A stretch of DNA of 64,000 bases, from NCBI GenBank assembly GCA_963809485.1, contig CAWEJX010000007.1, positions 96,001 through 160,000 of the forward strand. The letters run 5' to 3'. Every line of letters starts with the position of its first letter. The stretch's first letter is position 1. This stretch comes from an uncultured Acidobacteriota bacterium (GTDB lineage: Bacteria; Acidobacteriota; UBA6911). The notes beneath the pieces were generated by a model. That model saw only the letters and a list, made by a program, of their open reading frames with translations. It had not been told where the DNA came from and searched no databases. Shown here piece after piece: positions 1-10,062 of the stretch. Made by a program: the position numbers and the translations under genes.

Positions 1-2
1 AA

Positions 3-578
3 GAGCTCGGCTATGAAACCGGAAGCGGAATCATGGTAGGTATCCCCGGGCAGACCTGGGACTCGCTGGCGGATGACATCGAATGGTTCCGGCGGCTGGA
101 CCTCGACATGATCGGCTGCGGCCCTTTCGTGCCCCACCCGGAAACGCCCTCGGGCCGGGAGTACGATGATCATGTCCTTTCCAATCCGTCTCCGGCCCAG
201 GTGCTCAACACCAATCTGGTTACGTGCAAAGTCATGGCCCTCACCCGGCTTGTCTGCCCGGATGTGAACATACCCAGCACCACTGCGCTGGCCACGCTCG
301 ACCAGGAGGACGGGTACCGGCTGGGCCTGCAGCGCGGCGCCAATGTCCTGATGGTCAACCTCACGCCGATCAAATACCGCCGCCTTTATGAGATTTATCC
401 CGAGAAGGCCGGCATCGGTGAATTGCCCCAACCGCAGCGTGAGAGGGTCGACTCTATCCTGGCCGGGCTCGGACGCACAGCCGGAGAAGGAACCGGGGCA
501 TCAAGGAATTTCGAAGCGCGCCGTCCGGCGATCGCTTCACTGCAAAGAGGTGATTTATGTCAGCATTGCCGAAAATAG
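3..578 (+). CDS. hydE: [FeFe]-hydrogenase H-cluster radical SAM maturase HydE (5' partial)
   Basis: Frame is open from the window start (ELGYETGSGIMVGIPGQT). BioB-like C-terminal motifs GPFVPHPETP, PSTTALAT, GANVLMVNLTP and the HydE YxxY motif (YRRLYEIYP). Directly upstream of hydG. Confidence 0.9.
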   Translation, partial: ELGYETGSGIMVGIPGQTWDSLADDIEWFRRLDLDMIGCGPFVPHPETPSGREYDDHVLSNPSPAQVLNTNLVTCKVMALTRLVCPDVNIPSTTALATLDQEDGYRLGLQRGANVLMVNLTPIKYRRLYEIYPEKAGIGELPQPQRERVDSILAGLGRTAGEGTGASRNFEARRPAIASLQRGDLCQHCRK

Positions 579-1981
579 AAATTAGCAGGGGCGCTGTCGA
601 TTTCATCGACGACGCGTATTTGATGAGGCTGCTCCATGGCCCGGAGCCTGAGCGGGAGGAAGTTCAGGGGACGGTCGCAAAGAGCCTTGCCAAGCAGCCG
701 CTCACGGTCGAGGAAACGGCCACTTTGCTCAGGGTCAAGGACCCGGACCTGCTGGAAAACATTTTTCACACTGCCCGGACACTGAAAGAAACTGTCTACG
801 GTAACCGGATCGTTCTTTTTGCGCCTCTCTACGTCGGCAATGACTGCGTCAACGACTGCGCTTACTGCGGCTTCCAAAGCACGAATAAACTTGCAGTGCG
901 CCGCACCCTGACGCCCGAGGAATTGCGCGAACAGGTCCTGAAACTGGAAGCTGCCGGGCAAAAAAGGCTGATCCTGGTTTTCGGAGAACACCCGGGCTAT
1001 AACGCGAATTTCATCGCCGAGCAGGTTCGCACCGTATACAACACGCGCAGTGGGCACGGAGAAATCCGCAGAGTCAATATCAACGCCGCGCCCATGGATC
1101 ACGAAGGCTACCGAATCATCAAATCCTCGGGGATCGGCACCTACCAGATCTTTCAGGAAACCTACCATCACGAGACCTATGCCCGGGTGCACTCCCCGCG
1201 CACGCGCAAGGGCGATTACCTGTACCGCCTCGACGGGCTGAGCCGGGCCCTCGAGTCCGGCTGCGACGATGTCGGGATCGGCGTCCTCTTCGGCCTGTAC
1301 GACTGGCGCTTCGAAGTGCTGGGCCTTGTAGCGCACGCGATCCACCTTCGCGAACGATACGGGGTCGGACCTCATACCATCAGCTTCCCGCGCCTGCGGC
1401 CGGCCTGCGGGGTCGACTTCCCCGGCCTGGGCTCCGTCAGCGACAGCGACTTCAAGCGCGTGATTGCAACCCTGCGGCTGGCTGTGCCTTACACCGGGCT
1501 CATTCTCACGGCACGCGAAAACGCTTCCCTGAGACGCGAGCTTATGGGACTCGGCGTTTCCCAAATCGACGCCGGCAGCCGGATAGAGATCGGCGGGTAC
1601 ACCGAGCCGGAAGATAAGCAGATTACGGACCGCGAGCAATTCGAGCTCGGGGACACGCGGTCGCTGGACAAGGTTATGGGCGAGCTTCTGGAAGACGGTT
1701 ATCTGCCCAGTTTCTGCACAGCCTGCTACCGGCTCGGACGCACGGGCGAGCATTTCATGGAATTCGCGATTCCCGGGTTCATCAAGCGGTTCTGCACGCC
1801 CAACGCAATGACAACCCTCACGGAGTATCTCGTGGACTACGCTTCGCCCGAGACCCGGCGCGCCGGCGAGCAGCAAATCGAAAAGGAACTGGCAAAGCTT
1901 CCCGAGGGTCCTCAAAAAGCCGAACTCGAAAAGCGACTTAAGAAAATCAGAGAGACGGACGAGCGCGACCTCTATTTTTAG
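557..1981 (+). CDS. hydG: [FeFe]-hydrogenase H-cluster radical SAM maturase HydG
   Basis: CVNDCAYC radical SAM motif, ThiH-like YQIFQETY, GPHTISFPR, and C-terminal CX2CX22C (CTAC...RFC). Confidence 0.95.
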   Translation: MSALPKIEISRGAVDFIDDAYLMRLLHGPEPEREEVQGTVAKSLAKQPLTVEETATLLRVKDPDLLENIFHTARTLKETVYGNRIVLFAPLYVGNDCVNDCAYCGFQSTNKLAVRRTLTPEELREQVLKLEAAGQKRLILVFGEHPGYNANFIAEQVRTVYNTRSGHGEIRRVNINAAPMDHEGYRIIKSSGIGTYQIFQETYHHETYARVHSPRTRKGDYLYRLDGLSRALESGCDDVGIGVLFGLYDWRFEVLGLVAHAIHLRERYGVGPHTISFPRLRPACGVDFPGLGSVSDSDFKRVIATLRLAVPYTGLILTARENASLRRELMGLGVSQIDAGSRIEIGGYTEPEDKQITDREQFELGDTRSLDKVMGELLEDGYLPSFCTACYRLGRTGEHFMEFAIPGFIKRFCTPNAMTTLTEYLVDYASPETRRAGEQQIEKELAKLPEGPQKAELEKRLKKIRETDERDLYF

Positions 1982-2002
1982 CCGTGGGCCGGAAAGGATT
2001 TT

Positions 2003-2030
2003 GCACGTTACACGTTACACGTTGCACGTT
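2003..2030. repeat. Heptamer tandem repeat (RCACGTT)x4
   Basis: GCACGTT ACACGTT ACACGTT GCACGTT between hydG and aspA. Confidence 0.85.
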
Positions 2031-2042
2031 CCACAATTAAAT

Positions 2043-3455
2043 ATGAGCCCCTATCGGACAGAACATGATTTGCTGGGCATGCGGGAAGTGCCGGCGGATG
2101 CCCTGCACGGCATTTACACCGAAAGGGCCATCGAGAACTTTCCGCTGGCTCTGCGGCCGGTAAATCCTGCCCTGATCCATGCCTATGGAGCGGTGAAGCT
2201 CGCCTGCGCCCAGGTTAACCACGAACTGGGCTGGTGGGATGAAGACAAAGCCCGCGCCATTCAGACTGCGTGCCTGGAAATGATCGAGGGTCGGCTGGAT
2301 TCCAGCATCGTCGTCGACGCCCTTCAGGGCGGGGCGGGCACTTCCACCAACATGAACGTCAACGAAGTCCTGGCCAACCGGGCCCTGCAGATCCTCGGAA
2401 AGCCGCCGGGTGAGTACCAGACCATCAGCCCGATCGAAGATATCAACCTTCACCAGTCCACGAACGACACCTATCCGACTGCCCTCAAAGTGGCGGCCAT
2501 TCAACTGCTCCGGCTGCTCGAACGCGATGTGGTGAGCCTGCTCGAGGAATTCCAGCGCAAGGAACAGCAGTTCGCCCGCGTCGTCAAGGTTGGCCGGACC
2601 CAGCTGCAGGATGCCGTGCCGATCACCCTGGGACGTGAAATGGGTGCCTACGCGGAAGCATTTGCGCGCGACCGCTGGCGCATTTACAAGTGTGAAGAGC
2701 GGTTGCGGCTCGTCAACCTGGGCGGCACGGCCATCGGGACGGGGCTCTCGGCGCCGCGGCAATATATCTTCCGCGTCGTTGACCGGCTGAGGGAAATCAC
2801 GCGCCTGGGACTGGCACGGGCGGAAAACCTTGTCGAATGCACGCAGAACGCGGACGTTTTTGTCGAGGTCAGCGGCATTCTGAAAGCCTGCGCAGCGAAC
2901 CTGATCAAGGTTGCCACGGATCTTCGCCTCCTGTCCTCAGGGCCGGACGCGGGATTCGGGGAGATACGCCTGCCGCCGCGTCAGGCCGGCTCTTCCATCA
3001 TGCCCGGCAAAATCAATCCCGTCATCCCCGAAGCGGTAACCCAGGCGGCAATCGCCGTGATGGCCAACGACCAGGCTATCGCTCAGGCTTGCGCAATGGG
3101 AAACCTCGAGCTGAATCCCTTTCTCCCGCTGGTTGCGGACGCCCTGCTGGGAAACCTGGATCTGCTGCGAAACGCCTGCAGGATTTTCCGCGAGCACTGC
3201 GTGGCCGGCATCGAGGCCAATGAATCCCTTTGCCGCACGAGAGTCGAGGGAGCAACCGCCACATTAACCGCGATGGTCGAGCTTCTCGGCTATGAAAAAG
3301 CCCAGGAGATCGCCGCCCGGGCCCGAGCCCTGGGAAAACCTGTTCGTGAAGTTGTCCTGGAGAGCGGCCTGCTGTCGCCCGAACAATTCGACGCGCTTAT
3401 CTCGCCGGAAAGCCTCGCACGCCTCGGATCACCGCCACGAGAGGAAAAACCATGA
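2043..3455 (+). CDS. aspA: Aspartate ammonia-lyase (fumarase/aspartase family)
   Basis: GGAGTSTNMNVNEV, GRTQLQDAVP and the family signature GSSIMPGKINPVIPE. Stop overlaps the hydF start (ATGA). Confidence 0.9.
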   Translation: MSPYRTEHDLLGMREVPADALHGIYTERAIENFPLALRPVNPALIHAYGAVKLACAQVNHELGWWDEDKARAIQTACLEMIEGRLDSSIVVDALQGGAGTSTNMNVNEVLANRALQILGKPPGEYQTISPIEDINLHQSTNDTYPTALKVAAIQLLRLLERDVVSLLEEFQRKEQQFARVVKVGRTQLQDAVPITLGREMGAYAEAFARDRWRIYKCEERLRLVNLGGTAIGTGLSAPRQYIFRVVDRLREITRLGLARAENLVECTQNADVFVEVSGILKACAANLIKVATDLRLLSSGPDAGFGEIRLPPRQAGSSIMPGKINPVIPEAVTQAAIAVMANDQAIAQACAMGNLELNPFLPLVADALLGNLDLLRNACRIFREHCVAGIEANESLCRTRVEGATATLTAMVELLGYEKAQEIAARARALGKPVREVVLESGLLSPEQFDALISPESLARLGSPPREEKP

Positions 3456-4669
3456 AAGAAACACCCAAGGGGATGCGGCTGCACATCGGACTATTCGGAA
3501 GGCGCAACGTCGGCAAATCATCTCTTTTGAATGCCCTGACCCACCAGCAGGTTTCGATCGTGTCCGATGTACCGGGAACCACGACGGACCCGGTGGAGAA
3601 GCCGATGGAGCTTCTGCCTCTGGGGCCGGTGCTCTTCATCGACACGGCGGGCATCGACGACATCGGAGCCCTGGGGGAAATGCGCGCGGAGCGGACGCGA
3701 CAGGTTTTTGAGCGGACAGACCTGGGGATACTGGTTGCCGAATCGGATCGATGGGGGGAATTCGAGGAGGGCATTCTCGGCGAACTGGCGAAACGCCAGA
3801 CGCCCGTTATTGTCGTCATCAACAAATCCGATATTGCCGCGCCCGGCGTCGAAGTTGTGCAGGATCTGAAATCACGCAAGCTCGCCATCGTCGAAACAGT
3901 CGCCAGCGAGGGCAAGGGCATTCCGGGCCTGCGGGAGGCCCTGATTCGATCGGCTCCGGAGGCGTTTATGGATGCCCCCCCGATATTGGGGGACCTGATT
4001 TCGCCCGGCGAACTGGTTGTCCTGGTGGTTCCCATCGACCTGGAGGCTCCGCGCGGGAGGCTTATACTGCCGCAGGTCCAGTCGATACGCGACGTCCTGG
4101 ATCACGATTCCTACTGCATGGTGGTCAAGGAGCGCGAACTGCGCGATGCGCTGGGCCGGCTCAACCGGCCTCCGGCTCTGGTCGTGACGGATTCGCAGGC
4201 ATTCCTGAGAGTGGCGGGAGACGTGCCGTCCCAGGTTCCGCTGACGTCTTTCTCGATTTTGTTCGCCCGCCTGAAGGGCGATCTGAATGAATTCGTGCGC
4301 GGGGTTGAAGCGATCGACCGGCTGAAAACCGGAAACCGTGTGTTGGTGCTCGAGGCCTGCACGCATCACCCCATCGGCGAGGACATCGGCAGGGTGAAAA
4401 TTCCCCGCTGGATCCGGCAGTACACGGGAGTGGAACTCGAATTCGTTCACCGCCAGGGGCACGATTTCCCCGAGGACCTCAGCTCTTACGGACTTGTCGT
4501 TCACTGCGGCTCCTGCATGCTGAACAGGCGGGAAGTGATTTCCCGCGTTCTGCGCTGCCAGGAGGCCGGCGTGCCCATCACGAATTACGGGGTAGCCATC
4601 ACCTACTCGCTGGGCGTTCTGGACCGGGCCCTTTCGCCCTTCCCCGGATTCCGGAAGCCCTCCCTGTAA
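3452..4669 (+). CDS. hydF: [FeFe]-hydrogenase H-cluster maturation GTPase HydF
   Basis: GRRNVGKS P-loop, GTTTDPV, DTAG, NKSD, and Fe-S motif CTHH...HCGSC. Confidence 0.95.
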   Translation: MKETPKGMRLHIGLFGRRNVGKSSLLNALTHQQVSIVSDVPGTTTDPVEKPMELLPLGPVLFIDTAGIDDIGALGEMRAERTRQVFERTDLGILVAESDRWGEFEEGILGELAKRQTPVIVVINKSDIAAPGVEVVQDLKSRKLAIVETVASEGKGIPGLREALIRSAPEAFMDAPPILGDLISPGELVVLVVPIDLEAPRGRLILPQVQSIRDVLDHDSYCMVVKERELRDALGRLNRPPALVVTDSQAFLRVAGDVPSQVPLTSFSILFARLKGDLNEFVRGVEAIDRLKTGNRVLVLEACTHHPIGEDIGRVKIPRWIRQYTGVELEFVHRQGHDFPEDLSSYGLVVHCGSCMLNRREVISRVLRCQEAGVPITNYGVAITYSLGVLDRALSPFPGFRKPSL

Positions 4670-4697
4670 AGCGCTTATCCGATATCCTTCATTGATT

Positions 4698-4739
4698 GTC
4701 GGCGTTCGTCGGCGTTTTCATCAGCGTATGTCGGCGTTA
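4698..4739. repeat. Four copies of a ~10-mer (RTCRGCGT..), inverted partner of 7151-7190
   Basis: GTCGGCGTTC GTCGGCGTTTTC ATCAGCGTAT GTCGGCGTTA. Confidence 0.75.
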
Positions 4740-4876
4740 CCGGGCCATGGGACCTCCAATACCCGCAAGCTCCCCCGGGATGACTGAAATAGGCGTGAAT
4801 CGAAAATCGGGATGTACTATTATTTTTGCTGTTTGTTTGCAGCTTGAAGTCATTGAAAAGCAGGACTGGAATTGGA

Positions 4877-5452
4877 ATGGCAAACACAGTCACCGTAGGA
4901 TCGAGAATCAAAGCGATACGCGAATCCAAAAACATCACCGTGGAACAGGTCGCCGAAAGGTCGGGCCTGACGCCGGAGCAGGTGGGCAGGATCGAGGAAA
5001 ACAGGAATTTGCCTTCGCTGGCGCCGCTCATAAGGATTGCCCGCACTCTTGGAGTCCGCCTTGGAACTTTTCTGGACGACAACGACAGCCTGGGTCCCGT
5101 CATCTGCAGAAAGGAAGACCGGCCCGAGAGCATCAGTTTTTCCTCCGAAATGGCAAATTCCCGCAATGATCTGAAATTTTTCGCCCTTGCCCAATCCAAG
5201 ACCGGCAGGCATATGGAGCCGTTCCTGGTCGACATCGATTCAGCCTCCGAAGGCGGCTATCCGCTTTCCAGCCACGAAGGAGAAGAATTTTTATACGTTC
5301 TGGAGGGGGTGATCGAGGTTACGTACGGGAAAAACAAATTTATCGTCAATGCCGGCGAGAGCATATACTACGACTCCATCGTGGAGCACAACGTTCACGC
5401 AGCCGACAAATCCAGGGCCAAAATCCTGGGTGTTGTTTACACTCCGTTTTAA
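4877..5452 (+). CDS. XRE-family HTH regulator with cupin domain
   Basis: N-terminal HTH (GSRIKAIRE...PSLAPLIRIAR) and C-terminal cupin (HEGEEFLYVLEG...YDSIVEH). Typical partner of acyl-CoA ligases. Confidence 0.9.
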   Translation: MANTVTVGSRIKAIRESKNITVEQVAERSGLTPEQVGRIEENRNLPSLAPLIRIARTLGVRLGTFLDDNDSLGPVICRKEDRPESISFSSEMANSRNDLKFFALAQSKTGRHMEPFLVDIDSASEGGYPLSSHEGEEFLYVLEGVIEVTYGKNKFIVNAGESIYYDSIVEHNVHAADKSRAKILGVVYTPF

Positions 5453-5464
5453 TAATCAAAGCCT

Positions 5465-7114
5465 ATGGAACTCTTCAACAGGACGCTGGGCGACTGGCTG
5501 GAATACTGGGCCGACAGAGCCCCCGACAGGGAATACATCGTTTATTCCGACCGTGATTTGAGGTTTACGTGGAAGCAATTCAACAGGCGCGTGGATGCGG
5601 TAGCACTCGGGCTTCTCTCCATCGGCGTGAACAAAGGCGATCATGTCGGCATCTGGGCCCAGAACGTCCCCGAATGGCTGACGTACATGTACGCCTGCGC
5701 AAAAATCGGCGCTGTTTTTGTCACGGTGAACACCAATCACAAGCAGCACGAACTGGAATACCAGGTGGAGAATTCGGATATGCATACCCTGTGCATCACC
5801 GACGGCACCTGGGATTCCAAGTACGTGGACATGGTCTACGAAATGCTCCCCGAGCTCAAGCACTCCCAGCGCGGGCAGTTGAGGAGCGAGCGCTTCCCCA
5901 GGATGCGCAACGTCATCTACATCGGGCAGGAAAAATACCGAGGAATGTACAACGCGGCCGAGATTCAGCTGCTCGGCGAGAATGCGGATGAGCAGCCGCT
6001 GCTGGACATCAAAAAAACCGTGAAGCCGGACGATGTCATGATGATGCAATACACCTCGGGCACAACCGGATTCCCGAAGGGTGTGATGCTCTCGCACTAT
6101 AATCTGGCCAACAACGGGTATCTGACCGGCGAACACATGAGGTTCACCGAGAAGGACAAACTCTGCGTCTGCGTTCCGCTGTTTCACTGTTTCGGCGTCA
6201 CCCTGGCCACCACCAATTGTCTGACTCACGGCTGCACTCAGGTCATGGTGGAACGGTTCGATCCGCTCGTCGTCCTGGCGTCCGTCCACAAGGAACGCTG
6301 CACCGCGCTTTACGGGGTTCCCACGATGTTCATCGAGGAACTCAATCACCCGATGTTCAACATGTTCGACATGTCGTGTCTGCGCACCGGCATCATGGCC
6401 GGCTCGCTATGCCCGGTGGAGCTGATGCGAAGAGTGAGCGAGAAGATGTTCATGAGCATCACCAGCGTTTATGGACTGACAGAAACTTCCCCCGGAATGA
6501 CCCAGACCCGCATCGACGATCCGTTCGAGGTGCGTTGCCGGACAGTGGGCAGGCCGTATGAATTTACCGAGGTCGTCGTACTCAACCCCGAAACGAAACA
6601 AGAGTGCGCCGACGGCGAGCAGGGCGAAATATGCTGCCGCGGCTACCTGGTGATGAAGGGATACTATAAGAATCCGGAAGCCACGGCTGAAGCGATCGAC
6701 AAAAACGGCTACCTGCATTCGGGGGACCTCGGCTACAGGGATTCCGAAGGCAACTACAGGATCACCGGCCGCATCAAGGACATGATCATCCGCGGCGGAG
6801 AAAATATCTACCCGCGGGAGGTCGAGGAGTTTCTCTATCACCTGGAAGGCGTCAAGGATGTGCAGGTCGTGGGAGTCGCATCCGAAAAATACGGTGAAGA
6901 GGTAGGAGCCTTTATTATTCCAAAGCCCGGCGTCGAGCTGGACGACACCACCGTTGTCGAATTCTGCCGCGGCCAGATAGCCCGGCATAAAATACCGAAA
7001 TATGTTTTCTTTGTGGATAAATTCCCCCTGACGGGAAGCCGCAAAATCCAGAAATTCAAACTCAGGGAAATGAGTCTGGAGCTCCTCAAGGCCCGCGGCA
7101 TCACCCCTGAATGA
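5465..7114 (+). CDS. AMP-binding acyl-CoA synthetase
   Basis: [37 protein letters not shown]. Confidence 0.92.
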   Translation: MELFNRTLGDWLEYWADRAPDREYIVYSDRDLRFTWKQFNRRVDAVALGLLSIGVNKGDHVGIWAQNVPEWLTYMYACAKIGAVFVTVNTNHKQHELEYQVENSDMHTLCITDGTWDSKYVDMVYEMLPELKHSQRGQLRSERFPRMRNVIYIGQEKYRGMYNAAEIQLLGENADEQPLLDIKKTVKPDDVMMMQYTSGTTGFPKGVMLSHYNLANNGYLTGEHMRFTEKDKLCVCVPLFHCFGVTLATTNCLTHGCTQVMVERFDPLVVLASVHKERCTALYGVPTMFIEELNHPMFNMFDMSCLRTGIMAGSLCPVELMRRVSEKMFMSITSVYGLTETSPGMTQTRIDDPFEVRCRTVGRPYEFTEVVVLNPETKQECADGEQGEICCRGYLVMKGYYKNPEATAEAIDKNGYLHSGDLGYRDSEGNYRITGRIKDMIIRGGENIYPREVEEFLYHLEGVKDVQVVGVASEKYGEEVGAFIIPKPGVELDDTTVVEFCRGQIARHKIPKYVFFVDKFPLTGSRKIQKFKLREMSLELLKARGITPE

Positions 7115-7150
7115 TTCCCCAAATGGACAAATGCGGCGCTCCTTTATTTT

Positions 7151-7190
7151 TAACGCTGACGTACGCCGATAAACGCTGACGTACGCTGAA
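7151..7190. repeat. Four copies of a 10-mer (ACGCYGAY..), inverted partner of 4698-4739
   Basis: TAACGCTGAC GTACGCCGAT AAACGCTGAC GTACGCTGAA. Confidence 0.8.
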
Positions 7191-7411
7191 AAAATATTAA
7201 TAAATACTATTTTCTCAGCATTTTATGTTGATTGGGTGAAGACTGCTCTGAAGAGCCTGCCTATTACATTTGATTCTTTATGGGAGTGCGGTAAAAATGT
7301 CCTGTCGCGAAACAGAATGCTTGTATCTATTATTCCTGAATAGTTTTCCTCTATCAGGAAGAGGCTGTAGCCGTCGAAAGTGACAAAAACCATAAGCGTT
7401 TTGAGGAGACA

Positions 7412-9027
7412 ATGATGAAGCGCCCAAATTTAAACCACGCGTCGTTGAGTTTATGGGCATCAAGCTTTCTTTTGTTTGCGTTCATCTCGACATACGCGGC
7501 AAACAACCGGGAAACCGCGTCGTGGACGCGCGCCGTGAAGACATCGAACGGCCCGGTGCGCGGCCGGATCGAACAGGGAGGGCTGCAGGTATTCCAAGGG
7601 GTTCGCTACGGCGCACCGCCGACGGGAGAACATCGATTCAAGCCGCCCCGGAAGCCCGCGTCCTGGACCGCGGTTGCGGCCGCCGCCAATTACGGCGCCC
7701 GCGCGATGCAGGCCACCGGCGGGCTGGGAACTGCGGCCGATGCGCCGAAGATCAGCGAAGACTGCCTCTTCCTCAACGTCTGGACCCCCGGCCTTGACGC
7801 AAAAAAACGCCCGGTCATGGTCTGGCTGCACGGCGGGGGATTCTCTTCAGGATCAGGCGGGGACGCGATCAGTGAAGGCCGTAATCTCGCACGCAAGGGT
7901 GACATCGTGGTTGTCTCGGTGAACCATCGGCTGAACGTTTTCGGTTTTCTTCAACTGAGCAGGGAATGGGGCCCTGATTACGTTTCCTCGGGCCAGGCCG
8001 GCATGCTCGATATCGTCCTGAGCCTCGAATGGGTGCGCGACAATATCCGGCAATTCGGCGGCGATCCCGGCAATGTAACGATATTCGGCGAGAGCGGCGG
8101 CGGACGCAAGGTCGCCATGCTGATGGCCATGCCCGCGGCAAAAGGGCTTTTCCACAAGGCCATCATTCAGAGCGGATCGGGCCTGGATGCGCCGTCCTAC
8201 GAGGAAGCGGTTACAATGGGCCGCGAGTTGCTGAAAAAGCTGGCGATCACGGAAGGCGACGTTAGGGCGCTTGCCGGGCAGACGCGAAGGCAATATTTGA
8301 CGCTCAGCCGCCGGAATCCTCAGGTGCCACACCCCCGGGACGTCTCACTGTGCCGACGGGGGGATTTGTACCCTGCGTCGATGGTGTCGCCCTGCCGCGC
8401 AAACCGTTTATCCCGGACGCGCCGCCGATTTCGTCCGGAGTCCCGCTGCTCATAGGCTCCAACAAGGACGAGATGACGATCTTCAGGTCCAGCGACCCGA
8501 AGTTCGGCACTTCCACGAATGACGAATTTGCGGCGCATGTTCGCAAGGCGCTGCCGGAAAAGGCGGAGGCGCTGATCCCAGCCCTGCGCTCCGCCTTTCC
8601 CGGCTATTCGCCCAGCCACCTGATGACGGCCGCCGATACGATGAAGGGCTATTGGATTGCCACGGTGTTCCAGGCCGAGCGCAAGGCGATGCAGGGCGCC
8701 GCGCCGGTTTACGTTTACCTGCTGGCCTGGGAAACGCCGGTTAATGATGGGCGGCTCCGGTCCCACCACGCGCTGGACCTTCCGCTGGTTTTCAACAATA
8801 TCGAGAGTTCCCGCAGTATGGTCGGTCCCGGTCCGGAGCCGCAGCGTCTGGCCGATCAGATGAGCGCCGCATGGATTGCGTTCGCGCGAACCGGCAATCC
8901 GAACGCGGGCGGTCTGCCCCGGTGGCCGGCCTACGACATCAAAAGCCGCGCAACGATGATATTCAATGTCGAAAGCAAGGTGCAGAACGATCCGTACGGC
9001 GAGATCCGCCAAATTTTGGTGAAATAG
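7412..9027 (+). pseudogene. Secreted type-B carboxylesterase, frameshifted near 8277
   Basis: Signal peptide, SEDCLFLNVW, HGGG and GESGG nucleophile in ORF 7412-8455. The acid (NKDE) and His (HHALDL) are in ORF 8350-9027. One extra G in the GGG run at 8276-8278 would join them. Confidence 0.85.
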
Positions 9028-9029
9028 GC

Positions 9030-9205
9030 ATCAGGGCGGGGCCACGATAGTTGCCGGTAGTGTCCCCGGTAAGAGCTCTAAAAAGCCGGACAAAATGAAA
9101 GGTCGAGTAGGCCGCTTCCGATGCGACATCCGAAATCGAGATTGCGCAGGTAAGATTCCGTTCCATGAATTCGACCGCTCGCAAGATGTTCGGCACGTAA
9201 CTCAT
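9030..9205 (-). pseudogene. Truncated AraC-family (Rob-like) regulator, N-terminal HTH only
   Basis: ILRAVEFMERNL...SDVASEAAYSTFHFVRLFRALTG, then similarity is lost where it meets the esterase 3' end. Confidence 0.75.
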
Positions 9206-9400
9206 GGCCCGTCTCTCCTTGATTTCTTCACTATAGCAGTGTCCTCAAAACCGGTTTTGATCGTTTTTGCTAAATAATCGGGATCCCGGGTCCGGCCATT
9301 ATTTCCCATTGGCGGGTTATCGGTGTAAAATCCTCAGCCATCAGACTTCGGTGTGACTGTTTTGGCCGCATCGGGGCTACACTTTCCAAATTGCCTGGGC

Positions 9401-9772
9401 CTACTTGGCTTCCGCTTTCTTCTTCTCGAATTTCATCCCGTCGTGGCACTGATGGCACAGCGGGGTATCGGCTTTATGCCCGTGATGGCAATCCGTGCAT
9501 TCGACATCGCTGGCTTCGGTCAAATGGTTGTTGTGCGGGTTTCTTTCATAGTCTTTGGTTCTCTCGGCCACCGCCTCCAGCGATGTGTGGCAAGCGAGGC
9601 AGGCTTTTTTCGGAGCGGCAGCCTTAGGCTGTGCCTCTCCGTGGCAGCCTGTGCACTCCATGCCCCGGTTTTTATGGCGATCTGCCGTAACGGCGCCTGC
9701 CTCCTGGGCGATGGCTATCCCGGTCCAGAAAACTGCGACTGCAGCAGTCAAACAGAGTACGCGTCTAATCAT
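9401..9772 (-). CDS. Small periplasmic tetraheme cytochrome c (flavocytochrome c heme subunit)
   Basis: Signal peptide, four CxxCH motifs (CTGCH, CLACH, CTDCH, CHQCH) and NPHNNH. Confidence 0.9.
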   Translation of the reverse strand: MIRRVLCLTAAVAVFWTGIAIAQEAGAVTADRHKNRGMECTGCHGEAQPKAAAPKKACLACHTSLEAVAERTKDYERNPHNNHLTEASDVECTDCHHGHKADTPLCHQCHDGMKFEKKKAEAK

Positions 9773-10062
9773 GTATCGAATTCCTTCCTGCCGCGAAACA
9801 TGTTCGCTCTTCAGCAATTATCACCGCTAAGTTGCACCTTGAGCCAATAAGAATATCAGAAGAACCCGCAATTGAAGATGGACTTCCTGCAGAATAGTTT
9901 CAATTTCAACGGATCTGCCGAAACAGACGTATCCCCTTTAGATCTGATAGTTTCAGGAATCCTGGCCCGAAACTCTCCCTAAATTTTTTATAGTGTGCGA
10001 ATCGCATGCCCGGGTGACAGGCATCAGCCTGCTGCCAGCGGCCTGGAACCGGCAACCTCTTT

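Noticed and set aside
560-1915. Long antisense ORFs (also 10087-11781, 43792-44946, 49988-51223)
   Set aside because: Shadows of GC-rich coding genes on the opposite strand, with no recognisable motifs.
9055-9070. GGGGACAC on the minus strand near the AraC truncation as another stutter site
   Set aside because: It lies in coding sequence (TGDT), lacks the CCA ending and has no stutter.
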